Shown piece by piece: positions 52,513 to 63,874 of a DNA stretch of 64,000 bases. The DNA is taken from NCBI GenBank assembly GCA_041617635.1, contig JBFJOO010000013.1, positions 1,761-65,760 on the forward strand, given 5' to 3'. The translations under genes and the position numbers were made by a program. The notes beneath the pieces were generated by a model. That model did no database searches. It was given only the letters and a program-made list of their open reading frames with translations, and was not told where the DNA came from. Within the stretch, counting starts at the first letter, position 1. Every line of letters starts with the position of its first letter. The DNA is from Burkholderiales bacterium. Its GTDB lineage: Bacteria; Pseudomonadota; Gammaproteobacteria; Burkholderiales; SG8-39.

Positions 52513-53013
52513 CTATTTTTCTTCCAGGTGCAGCGAGAGGCGGCCCGCGTCGTCGCGTCGCAGGTCGAGCTTGGCGCCCTTCGGCACCGAGACAGTGGCG
52601 CCGATGAACTGCGCGCAGATCGGCAGCTGCCGCTCGCCGCGGTCCACCAGCACCACGAGCTCGATCGTGTCGGGCCGCCCGTAATCGAAGAGCTCGTTCA
52701 TCGCGCCGCGCACGGTGCGCCCGGTGTAGAGCACGTCGTCCACCAGCAGGATGCGCCGACCGCTGACGTCGAACCGGATCTGGCTCGGCCGCACGTTCGA
52801 GTGGAGGCCGGAGCTCGAATAATCGTCGCGGTAGAAGGAGATGTTCAGCGTGCCGAGCGGCGCCGCGATGCCGAGATCGCGATGCAGGCGCTCGGCGACC
52901 CACGCGCCGCCGGTCTGGATGCCCACCATGACCGTCTCGTCGGTCATTGCAGGCTTGAGGAGCCCGAGAAGGTCCGTGTACACCTTCTCGGCGTCGGGGA
53001 GCGTGGTGCTCAT
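52513..53013 (-). CDS. pyrR: PyrR: bifunctional pyrimidine operon regulator/uracil phosphoribosyltransferase
   Basis: The product is 166 aa with the PRPP-binding motif [13 protein letters not shown] and FYRDD. Confidence 0.85.
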   Translation of the reverse strand: MSTTLPDAEKVYTDLLGLLKPAMTDETVMVGIQTGGAWVAERLHRDLGIAAPLGTLNISFYRDDYSSSGLHSNVRPSQIRFDVSGRRILLVDDVLYTGRTVRGAMNELFDYGRPDTIELVVLVDRGERQLPICAQFIGATVSVPKGAKLDLRRDDAGRLSLHLEEK

Positions 53014-53441
53014 CGGGCGACCTCGTCGAGATAGGCCTGCAGGATGACTTGTGCCGCGACCGGATGGGTGAGGTCCTTGTGCCGCCGGCCCCCGCGCCCG
53101 ATTGAACGCAACCGCGACTCGGCTTCGGCCGACGAGTACCGCTCGTCCTGCAGCGTCACCGGCAAACCGAAACGCCCCGCGAGCTGGCGCGCGAAACGCT
53201 CGGCCTTGCGCGTCAGATCGTGCGCCTCGCCTTCGAGTGACAGAGGGAGTCCGACGACCAGCCGCGTCGGCTTCCATTCTGCGATGACTTCCGCGACCGC
53301 CCTGAACCGCTCGGCCGCCGCGCGGGCGTCGATGGTGGCAAGCGGATGCGCCATGCCCACCTCCGTATCGCCTACCGCCACGCCCAGGTACCGCTCGCCG
53401 TAATCGAACGCGAGCAACGTCTCACTCCTCACCGCCGTCAT
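53010..53441 (-). CDS. ruvX: Holliday-junction resolvase-like nuclease RuvX (YqgF)
   Basis: The product is 143 aa and overlaps the pyrR start (ATGA). The motifs [24 protein letters not shown] and DERYSS are present. Confidence 0.85.
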   Translation of the reverse strand: MTAVRSETLLAFDYGERYLGVAVGDTEVGMAHPLATIDARAAAERFRAVAEVIAEWKPTRLVVGLPLSLEGEAHDLTRKAERFARQLAGRFGLPVTLQDERYSSAEAESRLRSIGRGGRRHKDLTHPVAAQVILQAYLDEVAR

Positions 53442-53998
53442 GCATGTCCTGCCTCGTCCGACAGGCTGGCGTACGACACGCCGATGAGCTCCATCGCGGC
53501 CGCCATCCGCTCCTCGGCAGGCAGGTCGAAGATGATGTGCTCCTGCGCCTCGACCGTGAGCCAGGCGTTCTGCTGCATCTCGTGCTCGAGCTGCCCCGCC
53601 GCCCAGCCGGCGTAGCCGAGCGTGATCATCAGCTTGCCCGGACCGGTTCCGTTGCCGACCGCCTCCAGGATGTCGCGGGAAGTGGTGAGCGCGATCCCGT
53701 CGCGCACGGGCAGCGACGAGCTCCATTCGCCGGCCGGGTTGTGCAGGACGAAGCCCCGATCGGTCTGGACCGGGCCGCCGAAGTACACGGGAAGCTCGCG
53801 CAAGTCCGCCACCTCGAGCTTGAGGTCGAGCCGCTCGAACAGACCCGCGAGCGTCAGCTCGATCGGACGGTTGATCACGACGCCGAGCGCGCCCTGATCG
53901 TTGTGCTCGCACACGTAGGTGAGGGTGCGGGCAAAGTAAGGATCCACCATCGCCGGCATGGCGATCAGGAAGTGGTGGGTGAGATTGACGGCCCGCAC
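53438..53998 (-). CDS. YqgE/AlgH-family protein
   Basis: The sequence [37 protein letters not shown] is typical of the family. Confidence 0.85.
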   Translation of the reverse strand: MRAVNLTHHFLIAMPAMVDPYFARTLTYVCEHNDQGALGVVINRPIELTLAGLFERLDLKLEVADLRELPVYFGGPVQTDRGFVLHNPAGEWSSSLPVRDGIALTTSRDILEAVGNGTGPGKLMITLGYAGWAAGQLEHEMQQNAWLTVEAQEHIIFDLPAEERMAAAMELIGVSYASLSDEAGHA

Positions 53999-54099
53999 GC
54001 TGCGCTATTCTACTTTCAAACGCCGGCGGCCGGCGGCCGACAATGCCGCTCGGAATCCTGCAAGATCCGGGTTCCGACGTTTCCTTCTCTTACCGATCC

Positions 54100-55557
54100 A
54101 TGTCCCCCAAATCGAGCGGGTCTGCTCTGGTATGGTTCCGGCGCGACCTGCGCCTCGTCGATCACGCCGCCCTGTCGCAAGCGCTCGACGCGTGCACCGC
54201 CGTGTACTGCGCATTCTGCTTCGACACCGAGATCCTCGACCCTCTGCCGTCCCGCGTGGACCGAAGGGTCGAATTCATCTGGCATTCGGTTCAGGAGCTC
54301 GACCAGGCGCTCGCCGAGCGGGGCGGAGGCCTCATCGTGGTGCATGGGCGGGCACGCGAGGAAGTGCCGCGACTCGCCGCCGCGCTCGGCGTCGCGACGG
54401 TGTTTGCGAACCGTGACTACGAGCCGGCAGCCGGTGAGCGGGACGCGGCAGTGCGCGAGACGCTCGAAGGCCACGGAATCGGTTTCGCGACATTCAAGGA
54501 CCAGGTCGTTTTCGAGCGCGGCGAGCTGCTGACCGGGGCCCGCAAGCCGTTCTCGGTATTTACGCCGTACAAGAATGCGTGGCTGCGCGAGCTTTCCGCT
54601 TCCGATCTCGCCCCGCATCCCGTCGCCGAGCGCCTCGGGCACCTCGCCCGCCCCCCGGAGCGGAAGATGCCGACCCTCGGCGACCTCGGGTTTCGGCGCA
54701 CGAACCTCACCGAGCTGCCGATTCCCACCGGCATGTCCGGCGCGCGCCGGCTCTTCGACGCGTTCGTCGAGCGAATCGGAGAGTACGCGGCGCGCCGCGA
54801 CTATCCGGCGCTGCACGGTCCATCGTATCTCTCGGTGCATCTGCGCTTCGGCACGATCTCGATTCGCGAGCTCGCCGGCCGCGCGCACGCGATCGGCGGC
54901 CGCGGCGCCGAGACCTGGCTCTCGGAGCTCGTCTGGCGGGATTTCTACTTCATGATCCTGCATCACCACCCGCACGTCGTCGGTCATGCGTTCAAGCCCG
55001 AGCTCGAGGAAGTCGCGTTCGACAACCATCCGGAGCGGTTCGCGGCATGGTGCGAAGCGCGCACCGGCTACCCGCTGGTGGACGCCGCGATGCGGCAGAT
55101 CAACCGCACCGGCTACATGCACAACCGGCTGCGCATGGTGGTCGCGTCCTTCCTGGTGAAGGACCTGCATGTGGACTGGCGCTGGGGCGAAAAGTATTTC
55201 GCCGACCACCTCAACGATTTCGACCTCGCCGCCAACAACGGCGGCTGGCAATGGGCCGCGTCGACGGGCTGCGACGCGCAACCCTATTTCCGGATCTTCA
55301 ATCCCGTGACGCAATCGGAGAAGTTCGATCCGGGCGGACGCTTCATCCGTCACTACATGCCGGAGCTCGGCCAGGTATCCAAGAAGTTCATCCACGCGCC
55401 CTGGCGCATGTCGAGCGCCGAGCAGGCCGCGTGCGGATGCGTGATCGGCCGTGACTACCCGCCGCCGATCGTCGATCACGCCGCTTCTAGGAAGCTCACG
55501 CTCGAGCGCTACGAGCGCGCGCGGCGCGTTTCCCGCGAACGCGGGAATGCAGGCTGA
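54100..55557 (+). CDS. phrB: Deoxyribodipyrimidine (CPD) photolyase, class I
   Basis: The sequence shows ALVWFRRDLRLVDHAAL, WRDFY, and TGYPLVDAAMRQINRTGYMHNRLRMVVASFLVKDL...NNGGWQW. The start was set at ATG 54100; the ORF is open from 54043. Confidence 0.85.
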   Translation: MSPKSSGSALVWFRRDLRLVDHAALSQALDACTAVYCAFCFDTEILDPLPSRVDRRVEFIWHSVQELDQALAERGGGLIVVHGRAREEVPRLAAALGVATVFANRDYEPAAGERDAAVRETLEGHGIGFATFKDQVVFERGELLTGARKPFSVFTPYKNAWLRELSASDLAPHPVAERLGHLARPPERKMPTLGDLGFRRTNLTELPIPTGMSGARRLFDAFVERIGEYAARRDYPALHGPSYLSVHLRFGTISIRELAGRAHAIGGRGAETWLSELVWRDFYFMILHHHPHVVGHAFKPELEEVAFDNHPERFAAWCEARTGYPLVDAAMRQINRTGYMHNRLRMVVASFLVKDLHVDWRWGEKYFADHLNDFDLAANNGGWQWAASTGCDAQPYFRIFNPVTQSEKFDPGGRFIRHYMPELGQVSKKFIHAPWRMSSAEQAACGCVIGRDYPPPIVDHAASRKLTLERYERARRVSRERGNAG

Positions 55558-55580
55558 CGGAGTGCTTGCTGGATCCGCGT

Positions 55581-58500
55581 CTACGCGGGGGTGACTCGCG
55601 GCGCAGCGGTGCCGACGAACCCGGTGATGTGGCCGAGCAGCTCTTCTTCCTGGAACGGCTTGCCCAGGTAGACGTTGACGCCGATCTCCTTGGCGTACGC
55701 GCGATGGCGCTCGGCGGTGCGCGAGGTGATCATGATGATCGGGATGTGGCGCAGGCGCGGGTCGCCGCGCACCGCGCGCGTGAGGTCGAAGCCGTCCATG
55801 CGCGGCATCTCGATGTCGACCAGCATCACGTCCGGAACCGTCTCCTGCAGCTGCTCGATCGCGTCCACCCCGTCCTTCGCAGTGAGGACGTGGAAGCCCT
55901 CGCGCGAGAGCAATCGGCCCGTGATCTTGCGCACCGTGAGCGAGTCGTCGACGATCATCACCGTGGGGATGCTGATCACCGGCGCCTCTTCCTGCACCAC
56001 GACCGCCGCGCCCGAGGTGGCGAACGCCATCGGCTCGCGGCCCGCAAGGATCACCGGGTTGATAATGAGGACGATCTCGCCCGAGCCGAGCACCGTCGCG
56101 CCGGTGATGCCGGCGATCCGCGACAGCAGCGGCCCGGTGTTCTTGACCACGATTTCCTGCGCGCCCGCCACTTCGTCGACGTGGATCGCGACGACGTTTG
56201 CGCCGCTGCGCACGAACATGATCGAATGGAACCGCTTCTGCTCGGGCTGGCTGTCGAAGTCGCCGAGCAGGCGCGGCAGGTAGCGGAACGGATAGTTGCG
56301 GTTCTGCCACTGCGCTTCGCCCGACTCGGTGCTGGCGGCGAGCTCGGGCGCCTTGACCTGGCGGACCTGCTCGACCATGACCGCCGGAATGGCGAACCGA
56401 ACCGGGCCGGCGCGCACCAGCACCGCCTGGGTGACGGCGAGCGTGAGCGGCAGGTAGATGAGGAAGCGCGTGCCCTTGCCGAGCTCGGTATGCGTCTCGA
56501 TGCGCCCGCCGAGCGCCGCGGCCTCGCTCTTCACCACGTCCATGCCGACGCCGCGGCCGGCGAGCTGGCTCACCTCGGTGGCGGTTGAGAACCCCGGATG
56601 GAAGATGAAATCCGCGATCTCGGCGTCGGTCGGCGTCTGATCCGGCGCGACGAGCTCTTGCGCGCGCGCCTTCTCGAGAATCCGCGGCAGATTAAGGCCG
56701 GCGCCGTCATCCGACACCATGAGCATGATCTCGTTGCCTTCCTGCCGCACCTCGATCTTGATCTCGCCCAGCTCGGGCTTGCTGCGCTCGATCCGCGTGG
56801 CGGGCGGCTCGATGCCGTGCGCCACCGAGTTCCTGAGCATGTGCTCGAAGGGCGCAGTGATGCGCTCGAGCACCGAGCGGTCGAGTTCCACCTGACCGCC
56901 GCGAATGTCGAGCACCGCGCGCTTGTCGGTCTCCTTGGCGGCTTGCCGCACGACGCGGTACAGACGCTCCGAGACGCTCGCGAACGGAACCATTCGGATG
57001 CGCATCAGATCGGTCTGCAGGCCGCGCGTGAGCCGCGACTGCGCGGAGAGCGCGCCGTCCGCGTCGCCCACCGCGCGCAGGATGTTCTGCTGCACCGTCG
57101 CGACGTCGTTCACGCTCTCGGCCATCATCCGCGTGATTTCCTGGAAGCGCGTGAACCGGTCGAACTCGAGCGGATCGAACGGCGTCTCGACTTCCTGCAC
57201 CTGCGAAAGGCGCGACTGCATCTGGGACTCGGCCTGGATCTCGATCTCGCGCAGCTGCATCCGCAGCCGGTTCGTGTTGTCGGTGAGCTCCGAGAGCGCG
57301 ACTTTCAGCGCGCGCAGCTCGCCCTCGATCCGGCTCCGCGCGATGCTGACCTCGCCCGCCTCGTTCACCAGCCGGTCGATCACTTCCGCGCGCACGCGCA
57401 GCATCGCGCGGGTCTGAGCGGCGGGATCCTGCTCCGCTGGACGTGCTGCGGGCGCTGCGCCGGGGGCACGCGCCGCAGCCGGCGCGGCGAGGGTGACATC
57501 GGCCTCCGGGGCCTCTTCCGCCACCGCCTCGTCGACGGGCTCGACACCAGCGGGCGCAACCGACGCGGGCTCGGGTGGGGCGGGCGCGAGCGCATCGGGA
57601 TGCTGCATGCGCTCGAAAAGCAGCCCCATCCGGTCGTAGGCCGTGTCGAACTCGTCGAACAGCGAGTCGGGAAGCGTCTTGAGCGCGAGCGCGTTCTCGA
57701 CCTTGGTCTCCATCGAGTGGGTCAATTCGCCGAGCGCCATGGCGCCGCACATTCGCGCGGAGCCCTTCAGGGTGTGCAGCACGCGCTGCAGACCGTGGCC
57801 AGCCGCCGCGTTCTCCGGGCTCGCGCGCCAGTCGCGCAGTCCCTGCCCCACCGCCGGGATGAGATCGTGCGCCTCCTCCAAGAAGATCGGCAGCAGCTCG
57901 GGATCGATGTCGTCGTCGAGGCGGCGCTGGCGCCGCTCGACCGGTATTTCCTCGACGGTCACGGTCTGACCCTGAGCGGCCGGCGCGGCCGGGGGGGCAG
58001 GCGGCGCGGCCGGGGCAAGCTCGTCGCGCGGGCTGCGCCGCCGCTCGATGGGTATCTCCTCGACCTTCACATCGAGGGGAGGCGTCGCCACGCTCTCCGG
58101 CGCGGCGGGGAAGGAGACGACATTCCCCGGCGCAGCGGCTGAGCTTTCGGCCTCCGGCGTGAGGGCGGTGAAATCGAGCGCGTCCTCCGCGCCCGCCTCG
58201 CCCGGGAGCGTGAGCGTATCGGCGGACTCGCCCGAGTCGCTGGAGGCAGGCGCATCTGCGGTCGCCTCGAGTCGCGCGACGAGATCCGGGTCCGGGCGCG
58301 GCGCAACACCGCCGGTCACCGCCGCCGCCATTTTTTCCAGACTCGCGTGCGCGTCGCGTGCGACGTCGAGCTCCGCGGCGGCGAGCGGGCGGTCCTGGGC
58401 ACGGTGAAGCATGTGCTCGAGCGAATGTCCGACGGCCCACATGCCGTCGAACCTGACGGTCCCGGCGATTCCGGCCAGCGTGTGTGCGGCGCGCCGGAAA

Positions 58501-61463
58501 TCAACACTCACGGGAGCGCCGGCCTCGGCCGCGCGCAGCGACTGGGCGATCCCGTCCAGATGCTCGCGGGACTCGCTCGTGAAGATCTCGTACAGCGTCC
58601 GCGACAGCTCGACGTCGCCGACGCGCACCGTCTCGTCCGCGCTGTCCGCAGCCGTCGTGTCGGCGGGCAGCAGGTCTTCGATCGGCGGCTCCACTGCGGG
58701 CGGGGCCTGCGGTACCTCCGGCGCGGGGCTCAGCGTCCGCATCGGGAGCGAGAAATCCAGCGAGATCGGCCCGAGCGCCGGCTCTTTCGCCACAGGCCCA
58801 GCGGGCGCGGGGGTCAGGTCCGGACGATCGAACGCGGGCGAATCGACGGAGGGCGCCGGTGTCAGGTCCGGCGCATCGAACGCGGGGAAGTCGATCTCGG
58901 GCGCCGATTCCTGCGGCACGGTGAGTGTCTCGCCGGGTTCGACGGGCTCGGGCGCCTGTTCAATCTCTGGGGACGCAGCCTGGTCCTCCACTGCGGGTGC
59001 TTCGGCTGCCTCGACTGACGCTTCCTCACCTGTCTCGGGCGCCTCGGCCGGCGCGCTGAGCGGCGCGCCGGACTTGACCTGCAGCGCGAGCGCGACGATC
59101 GCGGCCTCGTCGGGCCCCGCGCCGCCGCGCTTGAGATCCTCGACCGCGGCGCCGAAGAAAGACTGTGCCTCGACGACGAGGGTCAGCAGGTCGGGCGTGG
59201 CCGGACGCTCTTCCTCGAGCCACTTGTTCATCACCTGCTCAACCGCCCAGGCGGCCTCGCCGAGGCGGGTCAGGCCGACCATTCGGCCGCTGCCCTTCAA
59301 GGTGTGGAAGCCGCGGCGAATGGTGCGCAGCTCCTCGATGTTGTGCAGCTCGCCGCGCACCTGCTCGACGCTCTGGCCGATGGTCGCGAGCACTTCGCCG
59401 GCCTCCTCGAGGTACACGGCGAGGAGCTCGGCGTCGACTTTCTCGGCGCTCGCACCCACGAGCTCCTCGGTCTTCGGCGAGGGCGCCGATTCGGCGGCGC
59501 CGGGTGTGATCCCTTCGAGCGTTTGCGTGGATACGGGGTCGAAAGTCTTGGCGTCGCTCTTCTTGAGGACCGCGAGCATCTCGGCGACGCGTGCCTCGAG
59601 CGCGCCGTCCGCCGTCAGGCTCGCATCTTTCTGCAGCGCCTGGAGATTCTCCTCGAGCTTGGCCTTGAGTGCCGCGTCGGTCGGCGTCTTCCGCCACTGC
59701 TCGAAGAGCGTCTGGACTTCGCGCTTGCCCTTGGCGAGGCCCGCCTCGACGCTGGCGCTCGCCTGGGAGGTTTCCGCTTCCTCGGCGAGCGCTTCCTTGC
59801 GCTTGCCGATGGGCGTCATGAAGGCGTCGAAATCGGCCTTGCCGTGCTGGAGCGCATCGACATAGAAGCCGAGTCCGGAGAGCGTGCCGGCGACGCGCTC
59901 GAAGTCGGACTGGGCCGGCGCGTAATCAGGCGATGCGAAGCGCTGAATCTCGGCCGCGCACGACGAAAGCGCCGCGGCGGCGCGGTCCTCGTTCAGCATG
60001 GTCAGCGCGCCGAGCACCTGGCGCACCGGCTTGTCGAGCGCGACGAGCTCGGGGCGTTGCGCGGAATCGCGGAAAAACGCATCGAGCGCCTGCTCGACCG
60101 CCCGCAGGCTCGCGTTGATCTCGCCCACGACGTGGCTCATCAGCAGGCGTTCCTGGGCGCGCCGGGACATCTCGTCCAGCACGGGCGCGGCCCCCTCGGG
60201 CATCTTGCCCTGCATCACGCCCTGCAGCCGGCCGCGCATCAGCGCGACCTGCTGCTTGAACTCGTCGCCGAGGCGCGCGTAGTTCTCGGTCGCGTTCTCG
60301 ACCAGCAGCAGCGCGGTGGCGACTTCCATCGCGACTGCGTCGGTCACCTTGTCGGGCGTGTCGCCGAGCCACTTCGCAGTGACCGCGATGTCCGTGGCGA
60401 GCGCCTTCAGCAGCTCGTCGCCCGACTCCGCCGCGCGGGAAGCGAGCTGCCCAGTCTGGTCGCGGAACGCGGCGAGGCTCGCCTGATGCCCGGAGGCGGC
60501 CTTGTTCCAGGCGGTCTTGGCCTGCGCGACGAGCTCGCGCATCGCGCGCACCCCGGGCAGCTGGCCCGAGGATTCCGATTTCAGCTCGAAGCTGCCCGGG
60601 ATCGAGCCGGCGAGCTCGAAGGTCTCCTGGACTTGCCGGAGATGCTCGGTGGCCGGTCGGGCGCGCGCCACCGCGAACAGCGCCTCGCGCAGCAGGCGTT
60701 CGGCGACGTTCGTCGAGCCCTCGAACAGCCGCTTGAGCTGGTGCTCGATGCGGTTGCACAGCCGCATCAGCATCGGGCTGTCGGACATTGCGCGCGCGAC
60801 CATCGCATCGAAGAATCCGAGCGCGACCCACCAGAACGTGCGCTGTGCCGGCACGGTCTGCGCCGCTTCGACGGCCGTGACCGCGGCGCGCATGTCCTCC
60901 GCGCCGGTCGGGTCCTTCTTGATGAGCTTAAGCAACCCGCGTTGATAGCGCGCACGCGCGTCGCGGTAGTGCTGGATCAGCGCATCACCGGTGTGCGCCG
61001 ATGGGGCGCGCTCGCGCCGCGGCGGGCGCCGCGAGATATCCGGGTAGTAAAGATCGACGGGATCCGCCGAGTCCTTGCCGCGCGCCGCGGCGAGATCGCG
61101 GTACACGGCGAAGAGCAGCAGCGGCTGGTTCGGCTCGCCGGCGAGCAGCTGATCCAGGTAGGTGGAGATCGAAGAGTAAGCGCGCTCCGCAGCCGCGACC
61201 ATCTCGGGCTTGGGCGGCTGGCCCGATTTCTCGGCGTCGCTCAGCAGGCCTTCGAGCTCCTCCGAGACGCGCGTGACGCCGTCCAGGCCGACGATCTGCA
61301 GCGCCCCGTGCGCCTGGTGAAAATGCGTGCGGCTGAACTTGAGCTGGGTGGTCTCGGCCGGATTCGCAGCGTACGCGCGCAGGCACGCCAGCGACTTCTC
61401 CAGCGCCTGGTCGATCTCGCCCTTGACCCAGGTCAACGGCCCAATGTCGAACTCACCCGCCAC
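55581..61463 (-). CDS. chpA: ChpA-like hybrid chemosensory histidine kinase of the Pil-Chp system (multiple Hpt domains + CheA kinase + CheW-like + C-terminal receiver)
   Basis: Several Hpt-like motifs are present (FHQAHGALQIVGL, FHTLKGSGRMVGL, AHTLAGIAGTV, LHTLKGSARMCGA). HATPase motifs are HMLRNSVAHGIE and DDGAGLN. A CheW-like domain and a C-terminal REC domain (VMIVDDS...VDIEMPRMDG...KPF) follow. I propose the GTG start at 61463 (GAGGAG 9 nt upstream); the ORF is open to 61535. Confidence 0.85.
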   Translation of the reverse strand: MAGEFDIGPLTWVKGEIDQALEKSLACLRAYAANPAETTQLKFSRTHFHQAHGALQIVGLDGVTRVSEELEGLLSDAEKSGQPPKPEMVAAAERAYSSISTYLDQLLAGEPNQPLLLFAVYRDLAAARGKDSADPVDLYYPDISRRPPRRERAPSAHTGDALIQHYRDARARYQRGLLKLIKKDPTGAEDMRAAVTAVEAAQTVPAQRTFWWVALGFFDAMVARAMSDSPMLMRLCNRIEHQLKRLFEGSTNVAERLLREALFAVARARPATEHLRQVQETFELAGSIPGSFELKSESSGQLPGVRAMRELVAQAKTAWNKAASGHQASLAAFRDQTGQLASRAAESGDELLKALATDIAVTAKWLGDTPDKVTDAVAMEVATALLLVENATENYARLGDEFKQQVALMRGRLQGVMQGKMPEGAAPVLDEMSRRAQERLLMSHVVGEINASLRAVEQALDAFFRDSAQRPELVALDKPVRQVLGALTMLNEDRAAAALSSCAAEIQRFASPDYAPAQSDFERVAGTLSGLGFYVDALQHGKADFDAFMTPIGKRKEALAEEAETSQASASVEAGLAKGKREVQTLFEQWRKTPTDAALKAKLEENLQALQKDASLTADGALEARVAEMLAVLKKSDAKTFDPVSTQTLEGITPGAAESAPSPKTEELVGASAEKVDAELLAVYLEEAGEVLATIGQSVEQVRGELHNIEELRTIRRGFHTLKGSGRMVGLTRLGEAAWAVEQVMNKWLEEERPATPDLLTLVVEAQSFFGAAVEDLKRGGAGPDEAAIVALALQVKSGAPLSAPAEAPETGEEASVEAAEAPAVEDQAASPEIEQAPEPVEPGETLTVPQESAPEIDFPAFDAPDLTPAPSVDSPAFDRPDLTPAPAGPVAKEPALGPISLDFSLPMRTLSPAPEVPQAPPAVEPPIEDLLPADTTAADSADETVRVGDVELSRTLYEIFTSESREHLDGIAQSLRAAEAGAPVSVDFRRAAHTLAGIAGTVRFDGMWAVGHSLEHMLHRAQDRPLAAAELDVARDAHASLEKMAAAVTGGVAPRPDPDLVARLEATADAPASSDSGESADTLTLPGEAGAEDALDFTALTPEAESSAAAPGNVVSFPAAPESVATPPLDVKVEEIPIERRRSPRDELAPAAPPAPPAAPAAQGQTVTVEEIPVERRQRRLDDDIDPELLPIFLEEAHDLIPAVGQGLRDWRASPENAAAGHGLQRVLHTLKGSARMCGAMALGELTHSMETKVENALALKTLPDSLFDEFDTAYDRMGLLFERMQHPDALAPAPPEPASVAPAGVEPVDEAVAEEAPEADVTLAAPAAARAPGAAPAARPAEQDPAAQTRAMLRVRAEVIDRLVNEAGEVSIARSRIEGELRALKVALSELTDNTNRLRMQLREIEIQAESQMQSRLSQVQEVETPFDPLEFDRFTRFQEITRMMAESVNDVATVQQNILRAVGDADGALSAQSRLTRGLQTDLMRIRMVPFASVSERLYRVVRQAAKETDKRAVLDIRGGQVELDRSVLERITAPFEHMLRNSVAHGIEPPATRIERSKPELGEIKIEVRQEGNEIMLMVSDDGAGLNLPRILEKARAQELVAPDQTPTDAEIADFIFHPGFSTATEVSQLAGRGVGMDVVKSEAAALGGRIETHTELGKGTRFLIYLPLTLAVTQAVLVRAGPVRFAIPAVMVEQVRQVKAPELAASTESGEAQWQNRNYPFRYLPRLLGDFDSQPEQKRFHSIMFVRSGANVVAIHVDEVAGAQEIVVKNTGPLLSRIAGITGATVLGSGEIVLIINPVILAGREPMAFATSGAAVVVQEEAPVISIPTVMIVDDSLTVRKITGRLLSREGFHVLTAKDGVDAIEQLQETVPDVMLVDIEMPRMDGFDLTRAVRGDPRLRHIPIIMITSRTAERHRAYAKEIGVNVYLGKPFQEEELLGHITGFVGTAAPRVTPA

Positions 61464-61565
61464 GCCTATCGCACTCCTCTCAAATCCATTCGGTCGCTTG
61501 CGCCGGCACGTGTCTCCTCGACAGCCGGGCAGCAACCATCGCTACTCGCGTCGACCTGGCACGGC

Positions 61566-61633
61566 GGGGATATACAAGGGGCACGCCCCTTGTTCGTCCG
61601 GGGATTTACAAGGGGGATTTCCCCCTTGTTCGT
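61566..61633. repeat. Doublet of REP-like palindromic units (same family as 48383-48452)
   Basis: The units are 61566-61597 (GGGGATATACAAGGGGCACGCCCCTTGTTCGT) and 61600-61633 (GGGGATTTACAAGGGGGATTTCCCCCTTGTTCGT). They lie between the pilJ stop and the chpA start. Confidence 0.8.
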
Positions 61634-61684
61634 TTATCCCGCCCTTGCGTTGAAGTGGCACCACCGCCGATTCCAAGTCAACTT

Positions 61685-63874
61685 CTACTGGAGCTTGAAG
61701 TTGGCGACCGAGCCCTTGAGTTCCTGGGCGAGCTTGGCGAGCTGGCCGATCGAGACCGCGGTCTGCTTCGTGCCTTCGGTGGTCTGGCGGGTGATGTTCA
61801 GGATGTCCTGCATCGACGTCGCCACGACACCGGCGGCCTGCGCCTGCGCCTGCGCGGTGACCGAGATCTCCTCAATCAGCTGCGCGAGCCGGCGCGACAC
61901 CTCGCCGATCTCGCCCAGCGCCTGACCCGCGTTGTCCGACAGGCGCGCCCCGTCGACCACGCCCTGCGTCGATTTCTCCATGGCCGCCACCGCGTCGCCG
62001 GTGTCGGTCTGAATCGTCTTCACGATCGCGCCGATCTGCTTGGTCGCCTCGCCGGAACGCTCCGCCAGTCGCTGCACTTCTTCCGCAACCACCGTGAAGC
62101 CGCGGCCCGCTTCACCGGCCGATGCGGCCTGGATCGCGGCGTTCAACGCGAGCACGTTGGTCTGCTCGGTAATGTCGGAGATCAGCTCGACGATCTCGCC
62201 GATCTGCTGCGAGGATTCGCCGAGCCGCTTGATCCGCTTTGCAGTGTCCTGGATCTGCTCGCGAATGTCGTTCATGCCGGCGATCGAGTTCTGCACCGCC
62301 TCCTGGCCCTTCTGCGCGGCGCCGAGAGACTGGCGCGCAACGCTCACGGACTTCGACGCGCTCGCGGACACCTCGTTAATGGCGCGGGCCATCTTCAGCA
62401 CCGACGCGCTCGCTTCCTGAATCTCGCGCGACTGCTTCTCGGCGGCCTGCAGGAGCTTCACCGACGTCTGCTGGGCGGACTCGGTGGCGTTCGTCACCTG
62501 GGCCGCCGCGCTGTTGATCCGGCCCACCAGGCCCTTAAGCTCCTCGATGGTGTAGTTCACCGAGTCGGCAATCGCGCCGGTGATGTCCTCGGTCACCGTG
62601 GCCTGCACGGTGAGGTCGCCGTCCGCGAGGCTGCCCATCTCGTTCATGAGGCGCAGAATCGCCTCCTGATTGGACTTGTTCACCCGCTCGGCGTCCTCGC
62701 GCAGTCGCTCGCTGTCGTCGCGCCGGCGCCGGTTCTCGTCCAGGTACGACTTGCCGATCATGGCCCCGAACACCAGGACGAGCAGGATCGACAGCGCGAT
62801 GGCCGCGAGGAACAGCGTCTGGTCGCCGCGCGAACCCTGAAAGCGCTGCTCGAGTTCGTTCACGGCGCCGAGCAGCGCGGAAGAGTCCTGCACGACCTGG
62901 GCGCCCGCGCGCTTGGCGTTCACCAGCGGCTGCAAGCTGCCAAGAATCGCGTTGATCGACTGCCGGAAATTTGTGTAGGCGGCGTCGAGCTCGCGGAGCT
63001 TCTCGACCGTCTCGGGATCGCGCGCGGCCGGAATCCGCAGCGTGTCGCTGCCCTTCGTCATCCCCTGCAGGACGTCGCGGAACGTGTTCGAGTCCTTGCC
63101 CAGGAGGAACGTCACCTCCGGGTCGACGACGTCGGAGGCGAGCAGCGTGTTGGCGTTCTTTGCCATCCGCTGGGTCAGCATCACCAGCTGGCCGGCGAGC
63201 GAGATCTCGCGCGACGAGGACTGCGTCTGCAGCTTGAGCGCCGCAACCTGCTCGGCGAGATCGAGCAGCGTGGGGTTGTCGGCGTTGATCGTCTTGACCG
63301 ACTGTCCGAGGGTCACCAGGTTCTTTTCCTGGCTGATCATCAGCCCGGCGCCGCGATTGGTCTTCTCCCAGATCGCCTTCACATTTTCGATCGCCGCCCT
63401 CTCGGATTCCGAGGCGGCGGGCAGCTGCATGCCGCCCACCTCACCGCCGCTGATCAGGGTATTCAGCAGCAAGCCAAACCGCTCGCGGCTGTCGCGCAGC
63501 CGCGCGAAGGACGCGGGGTTGCCTTGCAGGGCCTGCTGCGACTCGTTTGCGATGCGCTGCGAGAGCACCGCCATCTGGCCGGTCGCCGAAATCTGCGAAG
63601 CGTGCTGGGTCGCCCCCTGCAGCTGGAGAAACGTGAGCACAATGGCGGCCACCGCGAACACGACGAGCAGCACCGCCAGCACCTGGGTCTGGCGCGAGAG
63701 CGGCATGCTCTTGAGCTTGGACATGCGCCCGGCAGCGCCGCCGGCGGCCCCTTTCGGCGCGTCGGGCGCCGCCTTGACGGGCCGCTTGGGGGCGGCGACC
63801 TTGCGCTCGGCCGGCTTGGCCTCGGGCTTGCCTTTGCCGAACGGAAGATTGAGTGCGGAAAGCTTGACTGCCAT
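61685..63874 (-). CDS. pilJ: Methyl-accepting chemotaxis protein PilJ-like (type IV pilus chemosensory MCP)
   Basis: After a TM helix comes a PilJ-type periplasmic region ([18 protein letters not shown], and a second [14 protein letters not shown]). A HAMP domain and the conserved MCP signalling hairpin ([38 protein letters not shown]) follow. Confidence 0.85.
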   Translation of the reverse strand: MAVKLSALNLPFGKGKPEAKPAERKVAAPKRPVKAAPDAPKGAAGGAAGRMSKLKSMPLSRQTQVLAVLLVVFAVAAIVLTFLQLQGATQHASQISATGQMAVLSQRIANESQQALQGNPASFARLRDSRERFGLLLNTLISGGEVGGMQLPAASESERAAIENVKAIWEKTNRGAGLMISQEKNLVTLGQSVKTINADNPTLLDLAEQVAALKLQTQSSSREISLAGQLVMLTQRMAKNANTLLASDVVDPEVTFLLGKDSNTFRDVLQGMTKGSDTLRIPAARDPETVEKLRELDAAYTNFRQSINAILGSLQPLVNAKRAGAQVVQDSSALLGAVNELEQRFQGSRGDQTLFLAAIALSILLVLVFGAMIGKSYLDENRRRRDDSERLREDAERVNKSNQEAILRLMNEMGSLADGDLTVQATVTEDITGAIADSVNYTIEELKGLVGRINSAAAQVTNATESAQQTSVKLLQAAEKQSREIQEASASVLKMARAINEVSASASKSVSVARQSLGAAQKGQEAVQNSIAGMNDIREQIQDTAKRIKRLGESSQQIGEIVELISDITEQTNVLALNAAIQAASAGEAGRGFTVVAEEVQRLAERSGEATKQIGAIVKTIQTDTGDAVAAMEKSTQGVVDGARLSDNAGQALGEIGEVSRRLAQLIEEISVTAQAQAQAAGVVATSMQDILNITRQTTEGTKQTAVSIGQLAKLAQELKGSVANFKLQ

